DNA of 58,658 nucleotides, filler included, from Sphacelaria rigidula (Eukaryota): NCBI GenBank assembly GCA_964200075.2. It is 9 parts of 9 records of this genome, joined end to end, with 100 filler letters (N's around TTAATTAATTAA, not from the genome) between each part and the next. Parts side by side here need not be neighbours in the genome. Positions count along the whole stretch, not along the records: positions 13,059 to 19,487 come from CAXNAA020020120.1; positions 19,588 to 26,016 come from CAXNAA020020121.1; 7 more parts are not named here. The stretch is one strand, 5' to 3'. The notes under the pieces are model-generated. The model was not told where the DNA came from, made no database searches, and saw nothing but the letters and a program-made list of their open reading frames with translations. Positions 12,959 through 24,613 of the stretch are shown piece by piece (positions within the stretch are counted from its first letter, which is position 1; each line of letters starts with the position of its first letter). The translations under genes and the position numbers were made by a program.

Positions 12959-13058
12959 NNNNNNNNNNNNNNNNNNNNNNNNNNNNNNNNNNNNNNNNNN
13001 NNTTAATTAATTAANNNNNNNNNNNNNNNNNNNNNNNNNNNNNNNNNNNNNNNNNNNN

Positions 13059-13155
13059 CGTTTGACCATCGCCCCCGCATCCCTTTCGAGACGGAGCACC
13101 GTTTATACTCCTAATAAAGACACCTCCAACATTTAGCTGCTCATTACATTTCTTC
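13059..13155 (-). mobile_element. 5'-truncated piece of the poly-C LINE. Further 3' ends at 20374-20460(+), 26117-26175(+), 39009-39074(-), 39211-39286(+) and 52438-52503(+)
   Basis: Shared consensus CCGTCTCGAAAGGGATGCGTGGTCAATGGTCAAATGACTAAGGCAAGCAACAAATGAGTACG(C)n. Confidence 0.8.
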
Positions 13156-13342
13156 GGGGGAGACAGGGGGGGGTGACGGTACTCACGTATTGGAGGGTGA
13201 ATCACTTCGGTGGTATGTCGAGGATATACGTCAATTTTCCATTAGTCAACTTTCCACTAGACAAGTCAATGAAAGGAAGAGGAAAGAAAAAAAAGAAACC
13301 GATGCCAGGCGGAGATCTAGTACCTGTCCCGATGAAAAAACG

Positions 13343-13383
<41 letters not shown>

Positions 13384-14975
13384 GGGGATGGCAAAAAAAA
13401 CGCAACCATGCGACAGAGTGTTGTTCACCCGCCTGGAATATACAGGCACTACAAGACACCAGTCGCCTCGTGAACCGATGGACATACACACGATATACAA
13501 TACGCACAAAACACAACCGCCTTCTTTCCCGATTATAGACAAGACATCAACAGAAAAGCGAGCGAGCCCGATCTATCTGAAAAAAAAACGGAATAACAAT
13601 GATAATAACACTAATAATGCCGAGACAAAATTAGAAGAAGGCTAAATACGTCGTCGGAGAAAAAAAACTCGTTTCTGAACGTATCGGACGTTCAACAGAA
13701 CTGCGGGATGGTCTACTGTACACTTGGCACAATACGATATAATAATGATGTACTCAAGACTCCAAAACTCTGACTGCTCATCCAGATGGGGAACGGTCAA
13801 GATTTCTTACACCCGTTCGGTTTGCAGAGTTTGTTTTGTGGCCAAAGCTATCCCAGCAGCAGCCGAACGGCTGGCGATACAAATTCCCAACTTCATTAAC
13901 GCCTTCTTACGCGGAACAAGAAAGACATGATCGAACCGGTCACGACAACAACCACAAGTAAGCACTGCACGCTCAGATGCCAGGGCGAATACAGCAAAAA
14001 AGTAAATAAAGTACTTCAAACGGGGAAACACTAAAAAGCAAACCATATTGTACCTTCCTCACTTCGTGCGCACTGAAACTATTCCGAAAACGTCGACGAG
14101 GACAACAACTCAACGACTAACTACATGGGTACATATGTACACACACATATATAAGAGTTGCAACATTACAAGCAATAAAGAGGGTATACCGAGAGGAGTA
14201 ATTCTCAATCCTTCGACCGCATCGCTCTAACGGGATATTAGATTTACTGGAGGAACACTTGCACATGCATCAGACCCTTAAAAATAAGTGCTTTGGACCA
14301 CCCCCAGGGCGGATCATCTAATCTAGGTCGTGTTGGAACCAAACCATCTTTTCGAGTGAACACGATGCGTGTATTCAACAGATAGATGACCACTCCTGAC
14401 AGTCGAAGGGTCGAAACCAAGTCAAAAGAACAGACTAAAAAAGCTCGTACACACCGGCTCACTCCATGCCATGATGACGGGCAGTGACAGTAACTTTTCC
14501 CATACTTACTTCCGTATTCAAAACTCACGGTTTACAAAAATGTTGGATCATGACGCACAACTACACGAGAAAAAGCAGGGCAAGTGGCACGTCGTTTTTT
14601 CATGTACCACACCTCAGACAATGTTGTAACATATGTATAGTCCAGGGTTTGCTATCTACACTGCGCTTTACTGTACGAAAAAAAAAACGCAAAAAGTACC
14701 CCCGGGGGAGAGGTGACGTCATGGATGATTATTAAAAGTTACTCCGCTCCCAGAAGATGCCGGGGGTGACGCCACCCATCGACCAAAGGGTCATTGATCA
14801 AGCTGATGAATTCTACCCGATCTTGCTTTCTTTGATCGTTTTATTTGCTTGGCAAATCAAAAAACTGCAACGCATTTTCTTGTACTTTTCACCCCTTTTT
14901 TTACTCTTCACGGTGCATGTGCCGCGAACGCAATAAATAAAGACTTGACTGCACGCGGTACGCGATACAGTTAGG

Positions 14976-15071
14976 TCAGGAAGACGGTAAGCGCGGGCTT
15001 CCATGCCCATGTCCAGCATTTCTCTCATTTGCACTCGCGTAGTATTCATGGACCTTAGGATGCTTGTCAAT
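14976..15071 (-). CDS. GST: Glutathione S-transferase (sigma-like), last exon IDKHPKVHEYYASANERNAGHGHGSPRLPSS*
   Basis: Pyrimidine-rich acceptor ending CAG, phase 0. HPKV..YY is a typical GST C-terminus and it joins the upstream exons in frame. Confidence 0.8.
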   Translation of the reverse strand: MDKHPKVHEYYASANERNAGHGHGSPRLPSS

Positions 15072-16781
15072 CTGGCCGGGGCGGGGGGAACAACGGGGGG
15101 AAAGGGGCCAACGGGATACAGCAGAAACACGGGAAACAGACACGGACAGGGCACCCATCGACGCGGCATATGGTCAAAGTCACGGCCGGGGCCACATTCC
15201 TGGTGGGAGCGTAGCGAAAAATACGAAGATTCTCACGCATGATGTTACCAGAGCTAGGAAACGGCGGCGAAAAAAATTGCATCACAAATCCTCGATTCCT
15301 TGACATTCCGTTTCAAGAATGCCGCGAACAACGCGCTCACTACAGTTTGCCACCACCCAACGGGAATGCCCAGTGGGAGAGGGGGGGGGCTTGAGGTAAA
15401 ATCGTGAAATATACAAACTGAAGTCGTTTCCAAATCGCTTTCTGCGCGGTTTGCAGGGGCGTCTTCGGTTTTGCTGAATTTCTGCTCCAGCCGAGGGGAC
15501 TAGGGGAATGAATGAGGAGCGTAGGATTGGTCAAGGCATGGAAACGGAAACAAAAACTGTGCGTGCAACAGGTACGCATTCCTCCTCGACCGCGCCATTT
15601 TCGCTCACTTTTCCGATAGCAAGACCCCCTGTTGTTCTTCTTTTTTTGTCAAGATGTGACGGTAAAACATTTTTTTTTTGGTAGCCACTAATCTCGATGT
15701 TTACGCATGGATGGAGGGAACTCAAATCGGGAAACGCCTAGTATGGACCCCAATTCGGCCCAAATCGGAGAAGCTCCGATTCGTATGTCACGATTTGAGG
15801 ACGATTTTCCCCGAATATATGCCCACATCGGGGAAAAATTGAGGTCTCCCGAAAATCTGTAGGAAGTGACGTACGTACTTTGATATACGATGATATGATG
15901 GGGCAACAGGCGTTTTAAATTGTTGCAACCGCAGCAGCAGACAGTTTCGTGACAGCATAGGCTTGTCGTTCTGTTCGACTTTTTCCTGTCCCTTTTTTTC
16001 TTCAGCGAGCGTCTGGATTTTGCTTTTCTTGGGTACGTCTGTCATGCGACCACAACTGGACCCCTGGGGGGGTCAGTAAAAGTACGACAGTCAATCAACC
16101 AATCATAGGCCGTGCCTGCGCCAGCTACCGGAGCAGTTTCGCACGGGGTTTGACAAGCGGATAAGAAGTGTTGACGCCGTACCCTGCGACGATGGCCACG
16201 TGATATGCCGGGTGCTGTATGTATCCATCATAATGAACAGTACTGTACTATCCTACTCTCTGCTGTCGCTGTACTTGCAGGGTGATGAATACGGTACTGC
16301 ACTCGTGAACTCTTCTCGCACACCGTTTGTTCACTGTTCTCCCCATACTGACTGTGCCATCATGTATGACCACACGGCATTATCGTGTACTGTGATTGTG
16401 GAGTATACTGCGTTGCATTACACCCCAGGGTACTACGGTACGACGCTGCTCGTAAAGGATGATTCATTGCCTGCCTGTTCTCCGGCTCAACTGTGAACGC
16501 GATACCACCCCACTGCAGGAAATGAGCCTCCGTGTACAAGACTGTTTTAACAAATCTATGAAGCCATAATAAAAGGGTACTCGTACACACAGATCTGAGT
16601 TCCGCTAATATGAGTCCCCCCGATTAGGCACAAATTGGGGTTCCGCCAGATTCGGGATTGGTCCTCATAAAAAATGAACCCTAAAGCTGGGACAGTCAGT
16701 GCCGACTGAGCTGGAGTTGATATCTCTACTTCCTGACGTAACATAAAAGTACACACACACACACTTCATAGTCATGGTTAA

Positions 16782-16877
16782 CCCTTACACCGCGATACGG
16801 GTAGTCCATCTGGATCACGCAACTTCAAGTGAAATTGATGCCGATTCAGCAGGTGACCTACCCTCGCGGTCAGAGGG
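16782..16877. mobile_element. piggyBac-like MITE (96 bp) in a GST intron
   Basis: TTAA|CCCTTACACCGCG ... CGCGGTCAGAGGG|TTAA. Homologous to 46552-46754. Confidence 0.8.
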
Positions 16878-17140
16878 TTAACTCGCTTCACGCAAAATGT
16901 CCTGACCCATTTTCTTGTGTACTGTAGCAGCTCCTAATTTCAGGGGCCCCTGAATGAGAAAGATCTACCCCTACCGTACCGTAGCATGACTCTACCCTAC
17001 CCTGGCCGGTCAAAGGCTTGACTACCTACCGTGAAGAGTAATTCGAGCTGAAATGCAACGGTTGACACACACACATACAACAAGCACACGCAGTTGTGGA
17101 GCGTGTTCTTGCAGACGTGTCAGCCAGCAATGGTACTCAC

Positions 17141-17206
17141 CGCAGCGCTGTGCACGCAAAGATTGGGGAATTGGTCCAGGATATCGCCAGGGATTCCCGA
17201 GAGGAC
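17141..17206 (-). CDS. GST: Glutathione S-transferase, penultimate exon VLSGIPGDILDQFPNLCVHSAA
   Basis: cccag| ... |gtgagt, 66 nt, phase 0/0. GIP..ILD.FP.L motif of sigma-like GSTs. Not present in the ORF track. Confidence 0.85.
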
Positions 17207-17285
17207 CTGGGGGCAGCAAGAGACGGGAAAGGACAAAGTCACGACGTGCAGGTGGGATTTGTTTGGTTGCTTGATTGCTCTGTTC

Positions 17286-17590
17286 AAAACAATGTTTTTG
17301 TGAGATTGAGAATAGAGGATACGATAGAGAGTGAAAAGCGGTCAGTTAGTGAACGAATCGTTTCAGTTCCGGAATGCCCCTCCACGAGGCCGGGTATGAT
17401 TTCTGAAGTAGCCTGCCACTGAGGCCCTTGATATCCCTGAGTAGGATATCGACGCGTAGCTGTAAGCACACGCCGGTGATGGAGGCAGAAGAAAAGCACA
17501 TACCGAATGAAAATAACGGCTAAGCTAAAGCGAACGATTCAAGCCACTCTCTATCAGCGTTCTACTCTCAATCTCACGAAAACGTCGTTT
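17286..17590. repeat. Inverted pair of a ~60-bp dispersed repeat (also at 45706-45770 and 57700-57762)
   Basis: Core CTCTCAATCTCACGAAAAC and its reverse complement occur at four places in three contigs. Confidence 0.6.
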
Positions 17591-18308
17591 CAAGTTGTTT
17601 GTCTTCATATTCGCATCGCTCGAAACGCCACATGAGTCCAGCAATGGTTTTGCAAGATCGGCGTGTGCTGCTGCTGCTGCTGCTACTACTACGACTACTA
17701 CTACTACATATCCCAGACAAACTCGAAGGGACGAAAACACCAACACCAACGCCAACACCAACACCGGCAATAAACAAAAGGCCCGAGTACAAGAGAAGGG
17801 AGATGATGGATCACACAACATAAACAATCCAACTAAGAAAGCGCCCAAAAAGAAGAAGCAGAACAAAACAAAATAACGTTGTTGAGAAAAAAAGCTCTCT
17901 CTCACTCGACTGCACCATTACTACGTACACGTGACCCACAGACAGCCGGTCTTCGATGTGGGAGACGGTTAATGAAACCAAATCGGCATCCACCCCGTTG
18001 CGTGTCGGAACTGTCTACCATCGGAACGATTATAACTTAGTACACGCGATATGGGGTGAAGAATGACAAAAACGTTACGTAGCACCCTCCCCCGATTTTG
18101 GGCGACACGGCTTTTATGGTCTACGCTCCCGAACATGTTATATGACAGGCGCTTTTCAATTTCCGTGTTCACTAATATCATGTAATTGCACCACAGTGCC
18201 AGTATGGTGGGGGGTTTCAGCATAGTATGGGGCCCCAGCATTGTGCGGTCATGTTGGGCTGGCGACCCACAGCACAATGTGGGGACCCCCCACCGTTTAT
18301 AGCTCCAG

Positions 18309-18660
18309 TGTGTTGTTGTGTGTGTTGTCGTCCCATCTATTCTGGACGCCGGTCTACACCTGCATATCAGCCGGGGTCACCCAGGAATAAGGCCAACACA
18401 AGATTTTTTTCTTTTCTCTTTGTTATAATTTTCCACCTTCCTCTGCGGTATTTGCCTTTACTTTTTATCGCGAGAGGGGTTCACTCGTCCCTCTCTCTCG
18501 TCGACCATTAAGTCGAATTTTGTGTACCCACGACATGGTCGCTCTTCACTGTTGGGCATTGTGTGAGAAAAAATCCCAGATCGCTCCGAGATTTGAACCC
18601 ACGACCCAATAATCGTCGGAAGGTTTCGAGGTTACCAACTGAGCCACCACGGCGACCGGC
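18309..18660 (-). mobile_element. tRNA-derived SINE (family A), full-length copy in a GST intron
   Basis: Reverse complement aligns along 12350-12702, including A/B boxes and the CAACA tail. Confidence 0.85.
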
Positions 18661-18705
18661 TCCATCCAGTGCATCAATTATTATTTGGTTTCTGTGGCGT
18701 GTTAA

Positions 18706-18857
18706 CCCTTTGGGGATCGGACTCCCAGAAACATGGTGTTTGGAAAGCAAAGGCCTTTTTGGTGAATCAGCATCATTTTTACTTGAATTTTCAATTAAAA
18801 ATGACACCGATTCATAAAAAAGGCCCCTGCGTTTCTGGAAGTCCGGTCCCAAAAGGG
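18706..18857. mobile_element. piggyBac-like MITE, second family (152 bp)
   Basis: TTAA|CCCTTTGGGGATCGGACTCCCAGAAAC ... GTTTCTGGAAGTCCGGTCCCAAAAGGG|TTAA. Confidence 0.8.
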
Positions 18858-18958
18858 TTAAACGGAAAATATACCTTGTATGTCATACTCCAAATGGAAG
18901 TATCGCGCAGAGCGACAAAAAATAAAGGCCTACTGATAAATAAAAAAAGGAAACTTAC

Positions 18959-19117
18959 CCCCCGGCAAAGCCACTTCATTCCGCTGTAAATGACGAGATC
19001 GCAGATGGTGATGTCATCTCCAGCGAAAAAAGTCGTTCCGCATTGCTGCAGCCAGCGTTCCAGGTGACCCAACCACATCGGAAGGGTCGCGTTTGCCAGC
19101 TCTCTTCGCATTTTCAG
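18959..19117 (-). CDS. GST: Glutathione S-transferase C-terminal domain exon LKMRRELANATLPMWLGHLERWLQQCGTTFFAGDDITICDLVIYSGMKWLCRG
   Basis: accag| ... |gtaagt, 159 nt. FFAGDDITICD contains the N-capping box (T-x-x-D). N-terminal exons were not found in this contig. Confidence 0.88.
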
Positions 19118-19420
19118 CTGGTCGTTTTTTTTCAAACAGACAAGCAAGCAAGCATGCAGGCAGAGATACACAGGCAGAAAAAGAAGCATCAAGCAAAGCA
19201 AAAGAAAAGCAGATCACAGCAAACCGGAGCAAAAGCCAAGCAGACCGAACAAATAGGTGCACCCAGAAAAAAAAACCTTTTCGTACAACTTCAAATCTAC
19301 CTTGTCGGTATCAGCCATCCATGTGGACCTGAAAGGAGTATTCATGCTTCGTCTTTTTCCCAACACACGATCACTCATCGGAGGACAAAAAATGAAAAAT
19401 AGAGTTTCTCTCTCTCTCTC

Positions 19421-19481
<61 letters not shown>

Positions 19482-19587
19482 TGAGTGNNNNNNNNNNNNN
19501 NNNNNNNNNNNNNNNNNNNNNNNNNNNNNNNTTAATTAATTAANNNNNNNNNNNNNNNNNNNNNNNNNNNNNNNNNNNNNNNNNNNN

Positions 19588-20172
19588 CCCCCCCAGCAGG
19601 AAGCCTGTGGAGCAGAAGTCAGGAGCATGAACAACCTGTGCAGCCTAAAGCTGTGTTTTTCAAGACCGGGTATTTTCCGATAGCGAGTTCGAATATTTTT
19701 TCTATTGTGGTGAGAGCCGAACTTGGAGGATTGTCATAAAAGCTGCCGTATGAGCTGTCAAGTTTGAAGATATTCTCACCATGGCAGGAGAATCACCGGA
19801 CTCGCTGTCGGAACTACTGTACCAGAGAACCCTCGGGCGAGGGGATCATACGCAGCGTCCAACGCAAAAGCGTGCGTTGGCAGGGCTCGAATCGGTGCCA
19901 CATACGCCGAATTAAGTCCAAACGCATGCTGAACGCGCCGAGGAAGTCCTTGGGACTGTGACCTCTGTCAAGAACCGGATATGATGCTTGACACTTAAGA
20001 CAAGGACCTCTCAGCTATGGGTGGGAGAAGCTGGGGTTGACGAGGACTCTACTGGACTCGACATTCAAGAATGTAGTGTACAAAATGTTATGCAGCAAGC
20101 TACCGACCGACAGAAACGATATGTACCCTGTTCGTTTCTCGTTCAGGGGACAACACATGAAAAAAAAAAAAG
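19588..20172 (+). mobile_element. Probable degenerate LINE 3' end with poly-A tail
   Basis: Broken frames with CDLC...H zinc-knuckle-like residues, followed by an A run at ~20160-20172. Confidence 0.3.
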
Positions 20173-21574
20173 CAGACTGTTATCACGAAATGTTGCGGTG
20201 CTGATGAATCTTCGGCCAACACGCCTTCTTGCACAGAAGATTTATCTGCCTCATGCCTCTTACTACGTCTATTCCTTTTTTTAATCTTTTCTTCTGTTTT
20301 ATTTTGTACTTGTTATTATTTATTCCCGTGCTTCTCACTTTATTCCTTTTTGCTTGCTTTTTTCTGAGGACAGTGCTCCGTCTCGAAAGGGATACGTGGT
20401 CAATGGTGAAATGACCAAGGGGAGCAACAAATGAGTACGCCCCCCACCCTCGCCCCCCGGCCATTGGGTTCGTGCACGTGACTCCTAACATCCCGCCCGG
20501 ATGTACTGTATCGTAGCGACTCTGCTGTATTGAGGAAAAGACTGACCGATACTTGTCGCCGTGCGTCGTGTCCCAGTCCTTCCGAGCGCATCGTACCACG
20601 TCCCTCAGCTTTCCCGCACGCAACTCTGTCCCGTTGGTCTTGTATGAAGAGCGACAGCAAAAAACAAAAAGAGAGAAAAAGGCAACAACGAGGAAACGGC
20701 CAGAGCAGAACGACACAGGGAGGTGAAGAGCGAAACTGACACACCCACACCCACACAGCAGCAGCAATCGCAGTATCAATTGATTCGCGTGATTCGATCC
20801 ATTGTCGCACATCAACTGTTCCAATACGAATGAATCCAGCTGTCGTCACAAATTATTTAAATGTACACACACGTAGATATAATCAACGAAATCACTTACG
20901 TCCTCGAGGTAAATTTGAGAACGTGAAAAGATGGGAAGAGCAGGCAAACACACACACACACAAATCCCTGAAAAACGAGACAAAAAATAAGGGAAAAGGA
21001 AGGAAGGAAGGGTAAAAAAAAGACACCACAAGACATTCGTCAAACTAAGATCTAGAACCGATTGTACAATATCAGTTATACACAGCAGCAGCAGCAGCAC
21101 GGTACAAGCTACACTACTTTCGACGCAGCGGCTTTACAACTAAATTTTCGTTCTCAAAAGATAAGACTATGACCCAACTTGTCCGTCTGGGAAACATCAT
21201 GAACCCTTCGACTCCGGAGATGCAGGGATCTTTACTGCGGGATCATTCATCCACGTAAGAATCAAATCACACAACGTTGACATGAGGCATGTATGAATTC
21301 ATTTTAAAGTATCGGCTTCGCTGGTGAGGGATCAACATGATAGTAACACCATCATTAACAAGAAGAATGAGCGATGGACAACAGAGCACAATGCAGGTTC
21401 TACACTCGGAAATAACAAGTACCCAAGAGAAACAGAATCGAAAGCGTCGGAGGAAGAGCAAGTGGCCGGCCGACCCATGTCAAGCAACTGGAACGATCGC
21501 TAAATTCTCAAGAAGTAAGAGCGCACAGCAGCCGTACCAAACGCAACCCCTTTAATCATCTACGGGGAGAAATT

Positions 21575-21740
21575 GCTGCTAGACTCAGGTCTCTATCTCC
21601 GACCGCTGAAGAGGTCTACCGGGAAAAACTTCAGCGTAATCCAGATTTGGTTTTTGGTAGCCTGTGACCACGGAAGGCGTCCGCATCAGATGCCCAGTAC
21701 GAATGTACCGCACAGGTATCGGAACGGCTTGAATGTGAAG

Positions 21741-21795
<55 letters not shown>

Positions 21796-21797
21796 TC
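21575..21797 (+). mobile_element. Retroposon 3' end with (ACA)n tail; second copy at 51911-52060 (-)
   Basis: Shared GCCTGTGACCACGGAAGGCGTCCGCAT..GATGCCCAGTAC..TATCGGAACGG..AATGTGAAGAC(AAC)n. Confidence 0.75.
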
Positions 21798-22215
21798 CAA
21801 AAGGGGGATATCGAGAGGAAGGAAAAGTGAAAAGTGAGTTTCACATCCATGACGACAATAAACACAAGCGAAACATGGGCAACACAACAACACGACGAAG
21901 CAATACAGCGATGGCATCTATTCGTACGGCCTCCGACAAACAACCAGCTCGGGATCGTTGCTAGATCGATGTGAGCTTTATTTTGCCCGGTGCTTCTCTT
22001 TATTTTCAATATTTTTTACTTTGGACTTTTTTTTTTTTTTCTTTTAGTTCACGCCGTTTGTTTTATCATACATTTTTTCCTTTTCCCCCTTTTTTCTCGA
22101 GGTTCCATTCATTTACGTTGGGTACGCCCTTCTTGTGAGTACGTCGGGATTCGTAAAGCATCAGTCAACGTGCGACAATCAGCCAATCGATAGATCGATC
22201 AAATAGCGCGCCCAC

Positions 22216-24613
22216 CTCTGACTCAATGAACGAGTTGAAATAGGAGTCGCCTTCGGCTGAACCCAACAAAAGGAGAAACGGGGGGGGGGCAGATTCTTGC
22301 GTTTGTTTTTTTTCTCGTTTTTTTTTCTTTTCCCCCTTTTGCTTGGTGGCTCGATTTTCGTTATCGCGCATATTTCCGTTTGTCTGTCCGATTTTTATTG
22401 CCACACCTCCAGACCCCTCCCCTCCGTTCCTCGCGACGAGCCTGAAGTCTCAAGGGATTATCCTACCTCTCCTCCGATACCCGCTTTCCATTTCGCTATC
22501 GACGACGGGACCAGCATTGCCGCACCCTATCGACTCCCGTCGCTGTTTTTTTTGCTACTCGTGTCCTCCCGCTTCCAACGACAGATGGCAGGTTCTGCTA
22601 TAAAAAAAACGTATTTGTCTACTTTGAATGTGTATCTAGTCCAATCCGCGAGACCAAATGCAAGGCGTGTACCGGGGAGAGATGGGTTGATCCCTTGAGA
22701 CCACGGACTCGTCCCGAAGAAGGGAAGGGGGTTCAAAGTGCGACAAGCAAAAATAAAAATCTGGTGTCTGAGCACGGGCGGAGTTTGTAGCATAGATGGC
22801 AGCATTACGTCCCTCCACGTATTCACAACCTTAATGGAAATCCCCATCTCCGATACGTATCGTTAGTGCCCATAAGCGACTGTGCGGAGCCGCGACCTAT
22901 CAGCATAATAGCCCCGTTGAAACACAAACGACGAACAGCACAGGAAACATATATGGAGCATGACCATCTTCAGTGGACTTCTGATCTTCATTTTCAGGAA
23001 TTTTGTTTTAGCACAGTCTTCACTTCCAAAACATGCCGCCCATGGCTCGTAGCGAATCGGTTAACGCGAGATAATGGATCGATAAATTTACCAACCAACT
23101 CACCAATCGATCAGTTCAACAATCATCCATCAATCATTCATCAAACACGCACACGCTGAATATCAGCAGACCTCACCCCCGCCTCTGGCATTTCACACCG
23201 CCGATACACAGAGTACGCTTACCTGCTACATATATACACGACCGAAGAACCGTGAATCAAGCTCTCCGCAAGACTATCAGGTATCAACGATTAGGGATAA
23301 TAGCGTTAGGGTTGGGTTTTAAAAACTACGCTCCCATGAAAGATTGCCTACCGCGAGCGCTGTGTCCGTGCTCCAGTGGTAGAATCTAGGTTCATAGATG
23401 TGGTGAAGTAGTGTGGGGCACACTCGCAAGTTTCTCCTAGGGCCGAAGCTCGTGAGAGTAGAGCGGCGCTTGTACTGTGCCAAGTTGACGGGGGGCTTTA
23501 GTAGATTCGATCCCTACACTTGCCTTGAGCAAAGCTCCCGAGCGCTCGAGGGGTCTACCCTATATGACTGCCGCGAGGCGGTCTAGCCGAGCGTTCGGGT
23601 ATTCGGCGCACAAACCCGCTTGCGGGGTAAGTGCTGGATAAGGTTTTCACTTTCTCTCAAGGAAAAAAAAAACTCGCAAGTTTGTCGTCCCCAAAGGAGT
23701 AGGTCATTCTCGGGGAGAGACATATAGCGAGCTGTTGACCGCAGGGAATAATCTCTGATGGATGTTCTCTACCGGGTGGGAATTATCGAACTTCAGGAAT
23801 ATCGAGGACGTGATTTTCACACTTCACGCTGCATAAACTCTCATTATGTTATTTGGTAATGCTTACTCCTTGAAACGTGCATCTGTTTTCTCTCCACACT
23901 TGACCATTTATCTGTTAACACCCACGGTCGAAAGATCCTGGATCCTAACGAAGAAAACAAAAAGCGCACACAGCATGTGAGCATATCACCGTCCCGCCAA
24001 GTACTGCAACACCCTCTGTCCTCTAACGTTCCGGTGTCGCTGTCGAAACCCGATTCCTCTCGAGAGGCAAGAGCCCGCACGGCCGACAGGGTAGGTCTAT
24101 CTAGTGACGAAAACATATATATATATATATGTGTGTGTACGAGTATATATCGACGGATCATCTTGAACGATGCAGCTGCTATACTACCCGTATAATGAGT
24201 GAGCACCGTCGTCGTCAAGTAACTCAAAATGGAGAAAAGAAAATCGGAACACACGATAACACAGAGTGCTTCAGCGATTCGGTGCAGAGGTTGCTCATTA
24301 TATTATTACAATTTATCATGATGATTTCCCCCGCGCATTGACCCGATGTTTCAGACCCGTGGTCACAGACGGAGGCTCGTCTTTTTAGGACCGTCACTGC
24401 TAATCCTTGCCAGTACAAGGGATGGAGAAGCTTATCGACTAACTTCTTCTGAGACTCGAATACAAAACAAAAAAGGAGACAAGAAGAGAGAAAAAAACAG
24501 AGGAGAACCTCCCCTCCACCCGAGCTGGTCGGGCTTGTGGTAAAACAAACAAGCGGGATCTGCCAGTAAGTAAAGTAAAGGGACTGGTGCATACCTGAGT
24601 GAAATAGTCCAGC
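22216..24613 (-). CDS. Candidate small-exon gene fragment (exons 24595-24613, 23926-23944, 22216-22256) encoding xLDYFTQDPGSFDPEGDSYFNSFIESE; product unknown
   Basis: Each exon has a pyrimidine tract plus YAG acceptor and a GT donor (gtatgc, gtgggt, gtgggc). Phases 2/0, 0/1 and 1/0 join into one open frame. Confidence 0.5.
23434..23671 (+). mobile_element. Structured ~240-nt SINE-like retroposon (family B) with poly-A tail and 12-bp TSD
   Basis: TSD ACTCGCAAGTTT at 23422-23433 and 23672-23683. Homologue at 34505-34760. Confidence 0.85.

Noticed and set aside
21600..21640. Hammerhead-like CTGAAGA..GAAA (also CTGATGA..GAAA at 10783)
   Set aside because: Stem II does not close directly on GAAA and no stems I/III were found. 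The 10783 motif is not conserved in sister repeat copies.
18959..24613. Linking the micro-exons in 19588-26016 to the GST as its N-terminal half
   Set aside because: They lie in different contigs across an artificial linker, and the peptide does not resemble a GST N-terminal domain.
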